From: Candidatus Woesearchaeota archaeon | GTDB taxonomy: Archaea; Nanobdellota; Nanobdellia; SCGC-AAA011-G17; GW2011-AR18 | Assembly: GCA_964395935.1 (NCBI GenBank) | Contig: CAYNBR010000003.1 | Location: forward strand, 1 to 36,063 | DNA: 36,063 nucleotides | Direction of reading: 5' to 3' | In this document: positions 16,043 through 24,227 of the stretch, piece by piece | Layout: every line of letters begins with the position of its first letter | Numbering within the stretch: the first letter of the stretch is position 1 | Notes under the pieces: generated by a model | Database searches by the model: none | Seen by the model: the letters and a program-made list of their open reading frames with translations, nothing else | What the model was told of the DNA's origin: nothing | Made by a program: the position numbers and the translations under genes

Positions 16043-17517
16043 TTTATAATTACAACTTTACTTAAGTCTTCTTTTAATGCTTCTTTTAACTTTTCTTGAT
16101 TTTCTGCGTAAATTGTGAATAAACTAGTATTTTCTAAAATTTTATCATTTAATTTTACATTTAAGTAAATTCCAGAGCCTTTATCTGATGGTGCACCTGC
16201 TATTTTTGCAATTCTTGCTATAGAATTGTTACTTATATATACAATATTTCCGGATTTTTTAGATTTAAATTCATATCTGTATTTGCCAAGTTTAATATCT
16301 TCTGGTTGAATATTTGGATTTCCGCCCTGTACTTTAATTATATCTTTCATTTTTCTATATGCAAAACCAGATTCTAGAATTTCTAATGCTTTTTGCTGTC
16401 CATTTTTTATTCCTGCCATTTCTAAAATCATTCCAGCCATACAAACACTTTTATTTCTTAGATCTAATGGGCCGCGATTTTGAAGTACTAAAAGAACATC
16501 CCTCGCTTCTAATGCCGGGCCTATTCCATTTCCTATTGGCTGGGAGCCTCCTGTTATTATAACTTTAATTTTCATTTTTAATTTTTTACCAAGTTTAATA
16601 AATTTTTTAGCTAATTTTTTTGCAACTTTAAAATTTGTTATCTTTGCTTCTTTTCCTATCGGAATATCTATTAGAATATGTGTAGAGTCTACTGCAGATT
16701 TTTTTGCTAATATTGAAGCTAATAAAATTCCTTCTGGATCTAAATTTAATACTTTTTCTAATCTAATTAGTTTATCATCTGCAGATGCTAAGTCTAAAGT
16801 GCCACCCCATACGATGCATGCATTTGTTTTTTCTACAATCTGCATAATTTTTTCTTTTGAATGGGAAACTGGAGCAAGAACCTCAAACATATCGGCAGTG
16901 CCACTTGGTGAAGTGATTGATCTTGTGGAAGTTTTTGGAATTGTCAAACCAGCTGCTGCAACTATTGGTACTATTATTGGTGTTGTTCTATTTCCACTTA
17001 ATCCTCCGATACAATGTTTGTCTACTATAATTTTTTTATTAAATTTTAGTTTGCCGCCATTTTTTACTATTGCTTCTGTTAAATAAGCAGACTCATCCAA
17101 AGTCATCTTATTTGTATAACAGGCAGATACAAAATAAGTTGATTCTACTTCTGTTAATTTATTTTCAACTAGGTCTTTTATTATTAAATAAATTTCTTCT
17201 TTATTTAATGTAAAACCATCTAATTTCTTTTTAATGTATAATAATGATTGCGGTTTTGGTTCTAAGAAAACTTCAAGGCGTTCATTATTTTTTACTTTTA
17301 GTTCTTCTGCAACATCTATAAATAATCCTATCTCTGTTGGAGCTATTTCTCTTTTTCCATAAGCAACATCAACAGCAACAACTAATTCTTTATGGCCTTT
17401 TTTTATCTTTATTCTATCTAATGGCTCTAAGTCTAAAAGAATTGCATCTTTTTTATTTAAAATTGCTATTAATGGCCCCTTTGTTGCAATTTGTAATGTT
17501 TTAACTTTTAATTTCAT
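16039..17517 (-). CDS. deoA: AMP phosphorylase (archaeal thymidine-phosphorylase-family enzyme with N-terminal extension)
   Basis: 492 aa. N-terminal ~85-aa extra domain (MKLKVKTLQIATKGPLIAILNKKDA...). HCIGGLSGNRTTPIIVPIVAAAGLTIPKTSTRSITSPSGTADMFE ... WGGTLDLASADDKLI ... LASILAKK closely tracks the Thermococcus AMPpase as I remember it. Confidence 0.85.
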   Translation of the reverse strand: MKLKVKTLQIATKGPLIAILNKKDAILLDLEPLDRIKIKKGHKELVVAVDVAYGKREIAPTEIGLFIDVAEELKVKNNERLEVFLEPKPQSLLYIKKKLDGFTLNKEEIYLIIKDLVENKLTEVESTYFVSACYTNKMTLDESAYLTEAIVKNGGKLKFNKKIIVDKHCIGGLSGNRTTPIIVPIVAAAGLTIPKTSTRSITSPSGTADMFEVLAPVSHSKEKIMQIVEKTNACIVWGGTLDLASADDKLIRLEKVLNLDPEGILLASILAKKSAVDSTHILIDIPIGKEAKITNFKVAKKLAKKFIKLGKKLKMKIKVIITGGSQPIGNGIGPALEARDVLLVLQNRGPLDLRNKSVCMAGMILEMAGIKNGQQKALEILESGFAYRKMKDIIKVQGGNPNIQPEDIKLGKYRYEFKSKKSGNIVYISNNSIARIAKIAGAPSDKGSGIYLNVKLNDKILENTSLFTIYAENQEKLKEALKEDLSKVVIIN

Positions 17518-17518
17518 T

Positions 17519-18487
17519 TTACTTCAAGTATTCTTTTATTATTATTATTAAAGAGGAAAGTATAACTGGGCCAGCTACTATACCCACAAATCCTAATGTT
17601 GGAATTCCGCCTAATATTCCTAATAAAATTATTGCCGGATGGATTTTTGATCTGTCTCCAATTATTTTTGGCTTTAAAAATGATTCTAAAATTGTTAATA
17701 TTGCGCCAAGAATTACAACATAAACTGCGGATTTTAAGTCGTTGCTTAAATATCTTATAGTTGCTACAGTGATCCACACCATTGCAGGGGCTAATAATGG
17801 AAGGAATACTGCCAGAGATATAATTAAACTTAAAATAAATGGAGATTCAATCCCAATTATCTTAAAGCCTATTAGTGCTATAAAAAAAGCAAGTAAAGCA
17901 GTGATAAATAAACCATATACTATTGAAAATGCTGCATCTCCAATATGCTTAACTAACTCATCTTTCTTTTGTATTGGTAATTTTTCTTTAATTATTTTTA
18001 CTAACTTTTCTCCTGACATTAATAAATAGAACAAACTGAATACTGTAACTAAGAGTGATAATAACATTGATGGGAGATTTATTACTACTTCTGAAATATG
18101 GTTTTTGATAAACTCTACAGACCCCCTTGTAAGTGCTGGGATAGCGTCGCCTAACCAACTATTTTCTGTTATATAATTGGAAATAATTTGGGATGGCCCA
18201 TTATTGAAATTATTTATAATTCCTATTGATTCTTTTAATAAGGCCTTAGCTATTAATGTTAAAGGCACTAAAATAATTAGGATGATTAGTATTGTAACTA
18301 TTAATGCACTTACGGTTTCATTCTTGACTAAGCCTTTTATTTTTTTAAATAATGGATGAAACAAATATGCTAAAATTGTTGCTGCTAAAATTGATTTTAA
18401 AAAAGGCTTAACAATCAAAAAAGAGATATAAATTAGAATAAACAAGAAGAGAATGGTATAATATTTGCTAAACTCTTTTTTTTCCAT
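17519..18487 (-). CDS. AI-2E family transporter (PerM/UPF0118 permease)
   Basis: 322 aa, ~8 TM. C-terminal ...IHPAIILLGILGGIPTLGFVGIVAGPVIL is typical of the family. 1-nt spacer to the deoA start. Confidence 0.75.
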   Translation of the reverse strand: MEKKEFSKYYTILFLFILIYISFLIVKPFLKSILAATILAYLFHPLFKKIKGLVKNETVSALIVTILIILIILVPLTLIAKALLKESIGIINNFNNGPSQIISNYITENSWLGDAIPALTRGSVEFIKNHISEVVINLPSMLLSLLVTVFSLFYLLMSGEKLVKIIKEKLPIQKKDELVKHIGDAAFSIVYGLFITALLAFFIALIGFKIIGIESPFILSLIISLAVFLPLLAPAMVWITVATIRYLSNDLKSAVYVVILGAILTILESFLKPKIIGDRSKIHPAIILLGILGGIPTLGFVGIVAGPVILSSLIIIIKEYLK

Positions 18488-18510
18488 TAAACATAATTAG
18501 TAGGGAGCAT

Positions 18511-18518
18511 TTATAAAG
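18511..18518 (+). promoter_or_regulatory. candidate TATA box (leaderless asnB-dph6 fusion gene)
   Basis: TTATAAAG centred ~25 nt upstream of ATG 18539. Confidence 0.45.
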
Positions 18519-18538
18519 CTTTTTGATTTTTTAGTTTT

Positions 18539-20611
18539 ATGTGCGGTATAATTGGATTATGTAATATAAAAAATGCAGATAAAATAGTTAGAGTAGGATT
18601 GAAATTTATGAATTATAGGGGGATGGATGGTACTGGAATAGTTTCTAAATCAGATTTTACTTTTGGCCATTGTTTACATTCAATAGTTGGAAATGTTAAA
18701 CAACCTATCGGTACTAAGAACATATTTGCTGCTAACTGTGAAGTTTATAATTGGGAAAATTTGCGTAATAATCATAAAATTAATGCTAAAAATGATTCTG
18801 AATTATTTTATTTTTTACTAGATAAAATTGGGATAGATAAAACTTTAGAATTAGTTGACGGGGATTATGCATGTGCTTATTTTAAAGAGAATAAAATTTA
18901 CTTGTTTAGGGATTTATTTGGAGTTAAGCCCTTATGGTACACAAATGAAAACGGTTTTGCTTTTGCTTCTGAGAAAAAGGTTTTGGAGAGTTTAGGATAT
19001 AGACATATTGATGATTTGAATCCCAGGAAAATATTAATTTATGATTTGAAAACTAAAAAGATTAAATTTACTGAAAGGAAATTTTTTGAGATAAAACCAG
19101 AACATGATGAAGATTATGATAAGATTAAAAAAATAACACAAGGTTTGTTAATAAATGCCATAACTAAAAGAATTCCTGGTTGTAAATTTGGATTATTATT
19201 CTCTGGAGGGGTAGATTCTGCATTTATAGCTTTAGTATTAAAACAATTAGGAATTAGCTTTAAGTGCTATATTTGTGTACTAGATGAACCTAAGTTTAAC
19301 AAACCTAAAGATTTAGAATCTGCTGAAAGAATTGCTAAAGAATTAGAATTAGATTTAGAAATTGTTAAAGTAAAATTAAATGATGTTGAAAATAATATTG
19401 GAAAAATTGTAAATATTATAGAATCTAGTAATATTACTAAATTGGGAGTTGCTTTGCCTTTTTATTTTGCTACTAAAAGAGCAGGAGAAGAAGGCTGCAA
19501 GGTAATGTTTTCCGGTTTGGGAAGTGAAGAAATATTTGCAGGATATGAAAGACATAAAAATAGCGGTAATGTGAATAAGGAATGTTATTCTGGATTATTG
19601 TGGCTCTATGAAAGAGATTTGTATAGAGATGATGCTGTTTCAATGGCAAATAATGTAGAAATTAGGGTTCCTTTCCTTGACAAAGCACTAGTAGATTATG
19701 CGTTGAAAATACCTGCAAAATTTAAATTGAATGAAGAGAATAATAAAATAATTTTAAGAGGGATAGCAAATTCAATGGGCTTAAATAAAGAATTTGCATT
19801 TAGAAAGAAAGTAGCAGCACAATATGGAAGTAATTTTGATAAAGCTATAGACAAATTAGCAAGACAGAGTAAATTTAAAACTAAATCTGAATACGTAAAT
19901 CAGTTTTACAATAAACCAAATGTTAAACTTGGAGTATTATTTTCTGGTGGTAAGGATAGTACATATGCGATGCATGTTATGTATAAACAAAATTATAGTA
20001 TTGAGTGTTTGATTTCTATGAAGAGTAAAAATAAAGATTCTTTTATGTTTCATACTCCAAATATTGATTTTGTTAAATACCAATCTATGGCTTTAGAAAT
20101 TCCTTTAGTTATGGGTGTTACTCAAGGTAAAGAGGAATATGAATTGGAAGATTTAAAAAAAGTATTAGAGAAAGCTAAAAAGAAACATAAGATACAGGGT
20201 ATAATTACCGGGGCTTTATTTTCCAGTTATCAAAGAGATAGAATTGAGAAAATATGTGAAAGTATAGGATTGAAAGTATTTTCTCCTTTGTGGCATAAAA
20301 CTCAGGAACAAGAATTAAAAGAAATAGTTAAAGAAGGTTTTGAAGTAATTATAATTGCTGTTGCTGCTGATGGATTTAATAAAACTTGGCTGGGAAGAAA
20401 AATTGATATGAAAACTATAGATGAATTAAAAAAATTAAACCATAAAGTTGGAATAAATGTAGCTGCGGAAGGTGGAGAATATGAAACGTTTGTTTTGGAT
20501 GCACCTATGTTTAAGAAAAAATTAGAAATTAAAAAAGCTAAGGCTATAATGGATGGAGAATATTCTGGTGTTTATTTTATTGAGAAGATTGAATTAAAAG
20601 ATAAACTTTAA
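18539..20611 (+). CDS. fusion protein: glutamine-amidotransferase/asparagine-synthetase-like (AsnB) module + Dph6/MJ0570-type diphthine-ammonia-ligase-like ATP pyrophosphatase domain
   Basis: 690 aa, continuous ORF.
- aa 1-~190: Ntn class-II GATase (MCGIIG, YRGMDG, NCEVYN, NDSE).
- aa ~200-440: Asn-synthetase domain with PP-loop SGGVDS (19202..19219).
- aa ~462-690: VLFSGGKDSTYAM (PP-loop 19943..19960), GALFSSYQRDRIEKICESIGLKVFSPLW, EGGEYETFVLDAPMF, the Diphthami_syn_2 signature. Confidence 0.8.
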   Translation: MCGIIGLCNIKNADKIVRVGLKFMNYRGMDGTGIVSKSDFTFGHCLHSIVGNVKQPIGTKNIFAANCEVYNWENLRNNHKINAKNDSELFYFLLDKIGIDKTLELVDGDYACAYFKENKIYLFRDLFGVKPLWYTNENGFAFASEKKVLESLGYRHIDDLNPRKILIYDLKTKKIKFTERKFFEIKPEHDEDYDKIKKITQGLLINAITKRIPGCKFGLLFSGGVDSAFIALVLKQLGISFKCYICVLDEPKFNKPKDLESAERIAKELELDLEIVKVKLNDVENNIGKIVNIIESSNITKLGVALPFYFATKRAGEEGCKVMFSGLGSEEIFAGYERHKNSGNVNKECYSGLLWLYERDLYRDDAVSMANNVEIRVPFLDKALVDYALKIPAKFKLNEENNKIILRGIANSMGLNKEFAFRKKVAAQYGSNFDKAIDKLARQSKFKTKSEYVNQFYNKPNVKLGVLFSGGKDSTYAMHVMYKQNYSIECLISMKSKNKDSFMFHTPNIDFVKYQSMALEIPLVMGVTQGKEEYELEDLKKVLEKAKKKHKIQGIITGALFSSYQRDRIEKICESIGLKVFSPLWHKTQEQELKEIVKEGFEVIIIAVAADGFNKTWLGRKIDMKTIDELKKLNHKVGINVAAEGGEYETFVLDAPMFKKKLEIKKAKAIMDGEYSGVYFIEKIELKDKL

Positions 20612-20880
20612 CTAAATATAGAAACTATGGCTTTTTGCAGGATTATTATAGTTAAAATTAAAGTTATAGACCAATGAGACATACCATAAGAAGCACTTGC
20701 TAGGTAAATGCCTGTAAAAACATCAATAAGGCTTACCATATCTCCAATAATAGCAAAGAAAACACCCTTAATAATTAAATATAAAGCCATTACAATTATT
20801 ATAGACTGAGGTAATAGTGTGCCTAGAAATAAGGCAATTAATGCTAATAAATCTGCTAAACCTAATAATTTTAATATCAT
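20608..20880 (-). CDS. small hypothetical membrane protein (3 TM)
   Basis: 90 aa, almost entirely hydrophobic. Its stop overlaps the stop of the convergent upstream gene. Confidence 0.5.
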   Translation of the reverse strand: MILKLLGLADLLALIALFLGTLLPQSIIIVMALYLIIKGVFFAIIGDMVSLIDVFTGIYLASASYGMSHWSITLILTIIILQKAIVSIFS

Positions 20881-20928
20881 GTAAGATCAATTTAATTTTA
20901 GTTTATATCTATTGTTGTTTTAGAATGT

Positions 20929-21273
20929 TTATATGTTTTCGAAATTTTCTCGGAAGTACTCCATAATTTTTTTTATTTTGTCTAAGTTTAAAGAGCTTAA
21001 TTTTCCAGCTCTTGTTTCTTTTAATTTATCTACATTTACATAGGAATCTGGAATTTCTCTTTTCAATCTTAATAAATGTCTTTCTGCAGGTTCATTTCTT
21101 AATAAACCTTCAATTGCACCTATTGTGCTTTTAATATTGTTATCAAATAATTGTTTTCTATTGATGTCTGTTACACTTATACCTGCTTTTTCTAAATCAT
21201 CTTCTGCTTTTTTAGAATATTCTTTTAATTCTTTTAGTTTTACTAGCGTTGCAGATTGAATCGGTGTGCTCAT
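20929..21273 (-). CDS. hypothetical helical protein
   Basis: 114-aa charged, helix-prone ORF with no recognised motif. Confidence 0.45.
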   Translation of the reverse strand: MSTPIQSATLVKLKELKEYSKKAEDDLEKAGISVTDINRKQLFDNNIKSTIGAIEGLLRNEPAERHLLRLKREIPDSYVNVDKLKETRAGKLSSLNLDKIKKIMEYFRENFENI

Positions 21274-21316
21274 AGCTTTTATATACTTGAATTTATTTAA
21301 AAACCTTTGGGTTAAT

Positions 21317-21952
21317 ATGCAAAAACAAGTAAATAAAAAACATTATTTGAAAGATTATGATACAGTTGAGAGGTTTATTTCGTATTATTATCAATGCAGC
21401 CTTATTTTAGATTTAAAGGTTAAAAATGCTTTAGAAATTGGAATTGGAAATAAATTAACTTCTAATTATTTAAAAAATTGTGGTGTTAAAGTTGTTACTT
21501 GTGATATAGATAAAGAGCTAAAAGCAGATTATATTGCGGATGTAAGAAAATTACCTTTCCCTAATTCTAAATTTGATGCTGCTTATGCTTTCCAAGTTTT
21601 AGAACATTTACCATTTGAAGATTTTGAGACAGCATTAATTGAACTTCATAGAGTGAGTAAAAAATATGTAATAATTTCTTTGCCTTGCAGTTCTACTAGT
21701 TTTGAATTAATTTTAAGATTTCCTTTTATTAATAAACTCTTTAAAAAAAATTACCTTGACTTATTTTTAAGATTTCCTTATTTTTTTAAAAAATATAAAT
21801 TTGATGGGCAGCATTATTGGGAACTTTATAGTAAAGGATGTTCGCTTAGAATAATAAGAAATAAATTGAATGCTAAATTTAAAATTATTAAAGAAGTAAG
21901 ACCTGAAATCAATAGTTATCATTATTTCTTTGTTTTAGAGAAAAAGTTTTAG
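21317..21952 (+). CDS. class I SAM-dependent methyltransferase (start revised from 21266)
   Basis: ATG 21317 avoids overlap with the divergent gene. ALEIGIGNKL (motif I), CDID, AYAFQVLEHLP (Methyltransf_11-like). Confidence 0.65.
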   Translation: MQKQVNKKHYLKDYDTVERFISYYYQCSLILDLKVKNALEIGIGNKLTSNYLKNCGVKVVTCDIDKELKADYIADVRKLPFPNSKFDAAYAFQVLEHLPFEDFETALIELHRVSKKYVIISLPCSSTSFELILRFPFINKLFKKNYLDLFLRFPYFFKKYKFDGQHYWELYSKGCSLRIIRNKLNAKFKIIKEVRPEINSYHYFFVLEKKF

Positions 21953-22818
21953 TCGATTAAACTATTAGAAATTAGATTAGAAACATCAATTTTTGAGTAT
22001 TTGTTGTTTATTGTATTTGTTGTAATTATGGACTTCACGTTTTTCTTTATTTCAGCTAAAACTTTCTCTCCTGCAAAAATTCCATGGATTGCTATAACAT
22101 TTATTGATTTTGGTTTATGATTTTTTATTAACTTTACAGCTTCTAGAATTGTATGTCCTGAAGAGATTATATCGTCGATTATTACTACATCTTTATTTTT
22201 TAAATCTATGTTTGTAGAAAGACTTACTTTAACCTTATTTGAACCAAATCTTTTCTTTTCTAGTATTACTGCTTCTGCGTTTATTTTATCTGCTATTTCT
22301 TTAGCCCATTGATAACTTTCTGCATCAGGACCCAATATTACTGGATTTTTATAATTTCTATTAATAAAATTAAATATTAATTCATTGGCTGTTAATTTTT
22401 TTGTTTTGGTATTAAAGACTTCGCTTAATGACTTAAATCTATGTAAATGAGGATCTATACTAATTATTTCGTCTGCTTTATCTAATAGTTTTCCTATTAT
22501 TTTTCCAGAAACTGCTTCACCAGGCTTAAATCTTTTATCTTGCCTTATGTAAGCTAAGTAAGGGATAACTAAAATTAATTTTTTGCATTTTAATTCTTTT
22601 GCTGTGTGCATTGCTAAAATTAATTCTAACAGTGCTTCATTTGAGGGATTTAATGTTTGAACTAAAACTACTTCCTTATTCTCTAATTCTGTGTTAAACT
22701 TTATGTATAATTCGCCATCTGGAAATTTATTTACTATTAATTCTGAATATTCACATTTTAAATTTTTAGAAATCTTTTTTGCAAGTTCTCTTGAATTTGA
22801 ACAACCTATAATTAACAT
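21949..22818 (-). CDS. prs: ribose-phosphate pyrophosphokinase
   Basis: 289 aa. FPDGELYIKF, IPYLAYIRQDKRF, DPHLH and VVIIDDIISSGHTI (PRPP-binding loop). GAGGTGA SD 5 nt upstream on the minus strand. Confidence 0.9.
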   Translation of the reverse strand: MLIIGCSNSRELAKKISKNLKCEYSELIVNKFPDGELYIKFNTELENKEVVLVQTLNPSNEALLELILAMHTAKELKCKKLILVIPYLAYIRQDKRFKPGEAVSGKIIGKLLDKADEIISIDPHLHRFKSLSEVFNTKTKKLTANELIFNFINRNYKNPVILGPDAESYQWAKEIADKINAEAVILEKKRFGSNKVKVSLSTNIDLKNKDVVIIDDIISSGHTILEAVKLIKNHKPKSINVIAIHGIFAGEKVLAEIKKNVKSIITTNTINNKYSKIDVSNLISNSLID

Positions 22819-22870
22819 TTAATCACCTCTTGATAATTAGTTTATTAATATATATAAATGTTGTTAAGAA

Positions 22871-23248
22871 CTACTCTTGGTAATAAGTTGTACCTAAAGC
22901 TAAACATAATTCTGCTTTCTTTAATTCTTTTCCTAAATAGGCAGCATGCTGGAAATTATTAATCCATTTTAAATTATTTTTTTCAGAATATTCGAATATA
23001 GCATGGTATATGTCTTGTGGTCTTTTTCCTTTGAAGACTTTTAATATTTCATGTTTGTAATTACATACTGCAACTTGAATTTCATAGAACTCAAAATCAG
23101 CCTTTATTAATGTGTAGCAGCCAAAATCATTTTTGTGATCTTTGTAGTCGTCATAAGGTTTACAAGTTATTACTTCGAAATCTGTAGCAACAGTCTTATC
23201 TTTTACCCATCCCGGTCTTGTATTTTCTGCCATAATTTTAGGAGACAT
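22871..23248 (-). CDS. small conserved protein, DUF4346-like
   Basis: 125 aa. C-terminal HAAYLGKELKKAELCLALGTTYYQE and the central GCYTLIKAD ... I ... FKGKRPQDIYHAI pattern match my recollection of the DUF4346 family (unverified). Confidence 0.45.
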   Translation of the reverse strand: MSPKIMAENTRPGWVKDKTVATDFEVITCKPYDDYKDHKNDFGCYTLIKADFEFYEIQVAVCNYKHEILKVFKGKRPQDIYHAIFEYSEKNNLKWINNFQHAAYLGKELKKAELCLALGTTYYQE

Positions 23249-23278
23249 TAAATGTTTATAAGATTATCTTTATAGAAA

Positions 23279-23289
23279 CTTATATAAAT
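23279..23289 (+). promoter_or_regulatory. candidate TATA box for the spoIIM-like/aglB operon (leaderless)
   Basis: CTTATATAAAT centred ~27 nt upstream of ATG 23311. A second box on the opposite strand (CTATAAAG, revcomp of ~23268..23275) lies ~24 nt upstream of the divergent start at 23248. Confidence 0.4.
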
Positions 23290-23310
23290 CGTCAACTACG
23301 GTAAGTTATT

Positions 23311-24225
23311 ATGGTTTTTGAGGATTTAACTGGCCCTATTAATGCTAAAAAACACCCATTTAAATTATTTTTCATGGGTATTTTCTTTGCTGCTGTTTCT
23401 GCTGCTTTTAGTTTATGGATATTTAAGCAAGAAGCTAGTCTAGTAATGGTATTTTTAGTTGTATTAATGGCTATGCCTTTAATGTATTTTACATTTAGAG
23501 AAGAAGAGGAAGAAGATTGGGAAATGGATAGTGAGGTGGGTATACTTAATGAGCATGGAAAAGCAATTAGATTTTTATTATTACTCTTTTTAGGTTTTGT
23601 AGTCGGTTATTCATTAATTTTTTTAATCTTGCCGGAAAGTTTAGTACATTCATTGTTTGGGGTACAATTAAGCACTATTGATAGTATAAACAGTAATGTC
23701 ATAAAATCTTCTGCCACTAATAATTTTATAAGCGGTAAATTGGGAGCATTAGATAATCAGTTATTGAATGGTAAACTTACATCTCCTGAGGCTTTTTATT
23801 TAATTTTGCTTAATAATATTAAAGTTATGTTTTTTTGTCTAATATTTGCCTTTTTCTTCGGGGCAGGTTCTATATTTGTTTTAGCATGGAATGCTTCTGT
23901 TATAAGCGCAGCTATAGGAACTTATTTTAGAAATGGCTTAGCAAGTTATGCTAATTTAGTAGGATTTAGCAAGGCAGGAATATATCTACAATTATTTGTG
24001 GCTGGAGTATTTAGATATATGGTTCATGGAATATTTGAAATTGCAGGTTATTTTATTGCAGCTTTAGCTGGTGGAATTATATCCATGGCTTTAATTAATC
24101 ATGGTACAAAGAGTAAAGGATTTAAGAAAATAGCTTTTGATGTAACGATATTAATATTAATCTCTTTCTTAGTCTTAATTGTGGGGTCTTTTGTGGAAGT
24201 ATTCATTACTCCAATGTTATTTTAA
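23311..24225 (+). CDS. SpoIIM/DUF95-family integral membrane protein
   Basis: 304 aa, multi-TM. NNIKVMFFCLIFAFFFGAGSIFVLAWNASVISAAIG and HGIFEIAGYFIAALAG match the stage II sporulation protein M-like family. 2-nt spacer to aglB. Confidence 0.6.
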   Translation: MVFEDLTGPINAKKHPFKLFFMGIFFAAVSAAFSLWIFKQEASLVMVFLVVLMAMPLMYFTFREEEEEDWEMDSEVGILNEHGKAIRFLLLLFLGFVVGYSLIFLILPESLVHSLFGVQLSTIDSINSNVIKSSATNNFISGKLGALDNQLLNGKLTSPEAFYLILLNNIKVMFFCLIFAFFFGAGSIFVLAWNASVISAAIGTYFRNGLASYANLVGFSKAGIYLQLFVAGVFRYMVHGIFEIAGYFIAALAGGIISMALINHGTKSKGFKKIAFDVTILILISFLVLIVGSFVEVFITPMLF

Positions 24226-24227
24226 AT

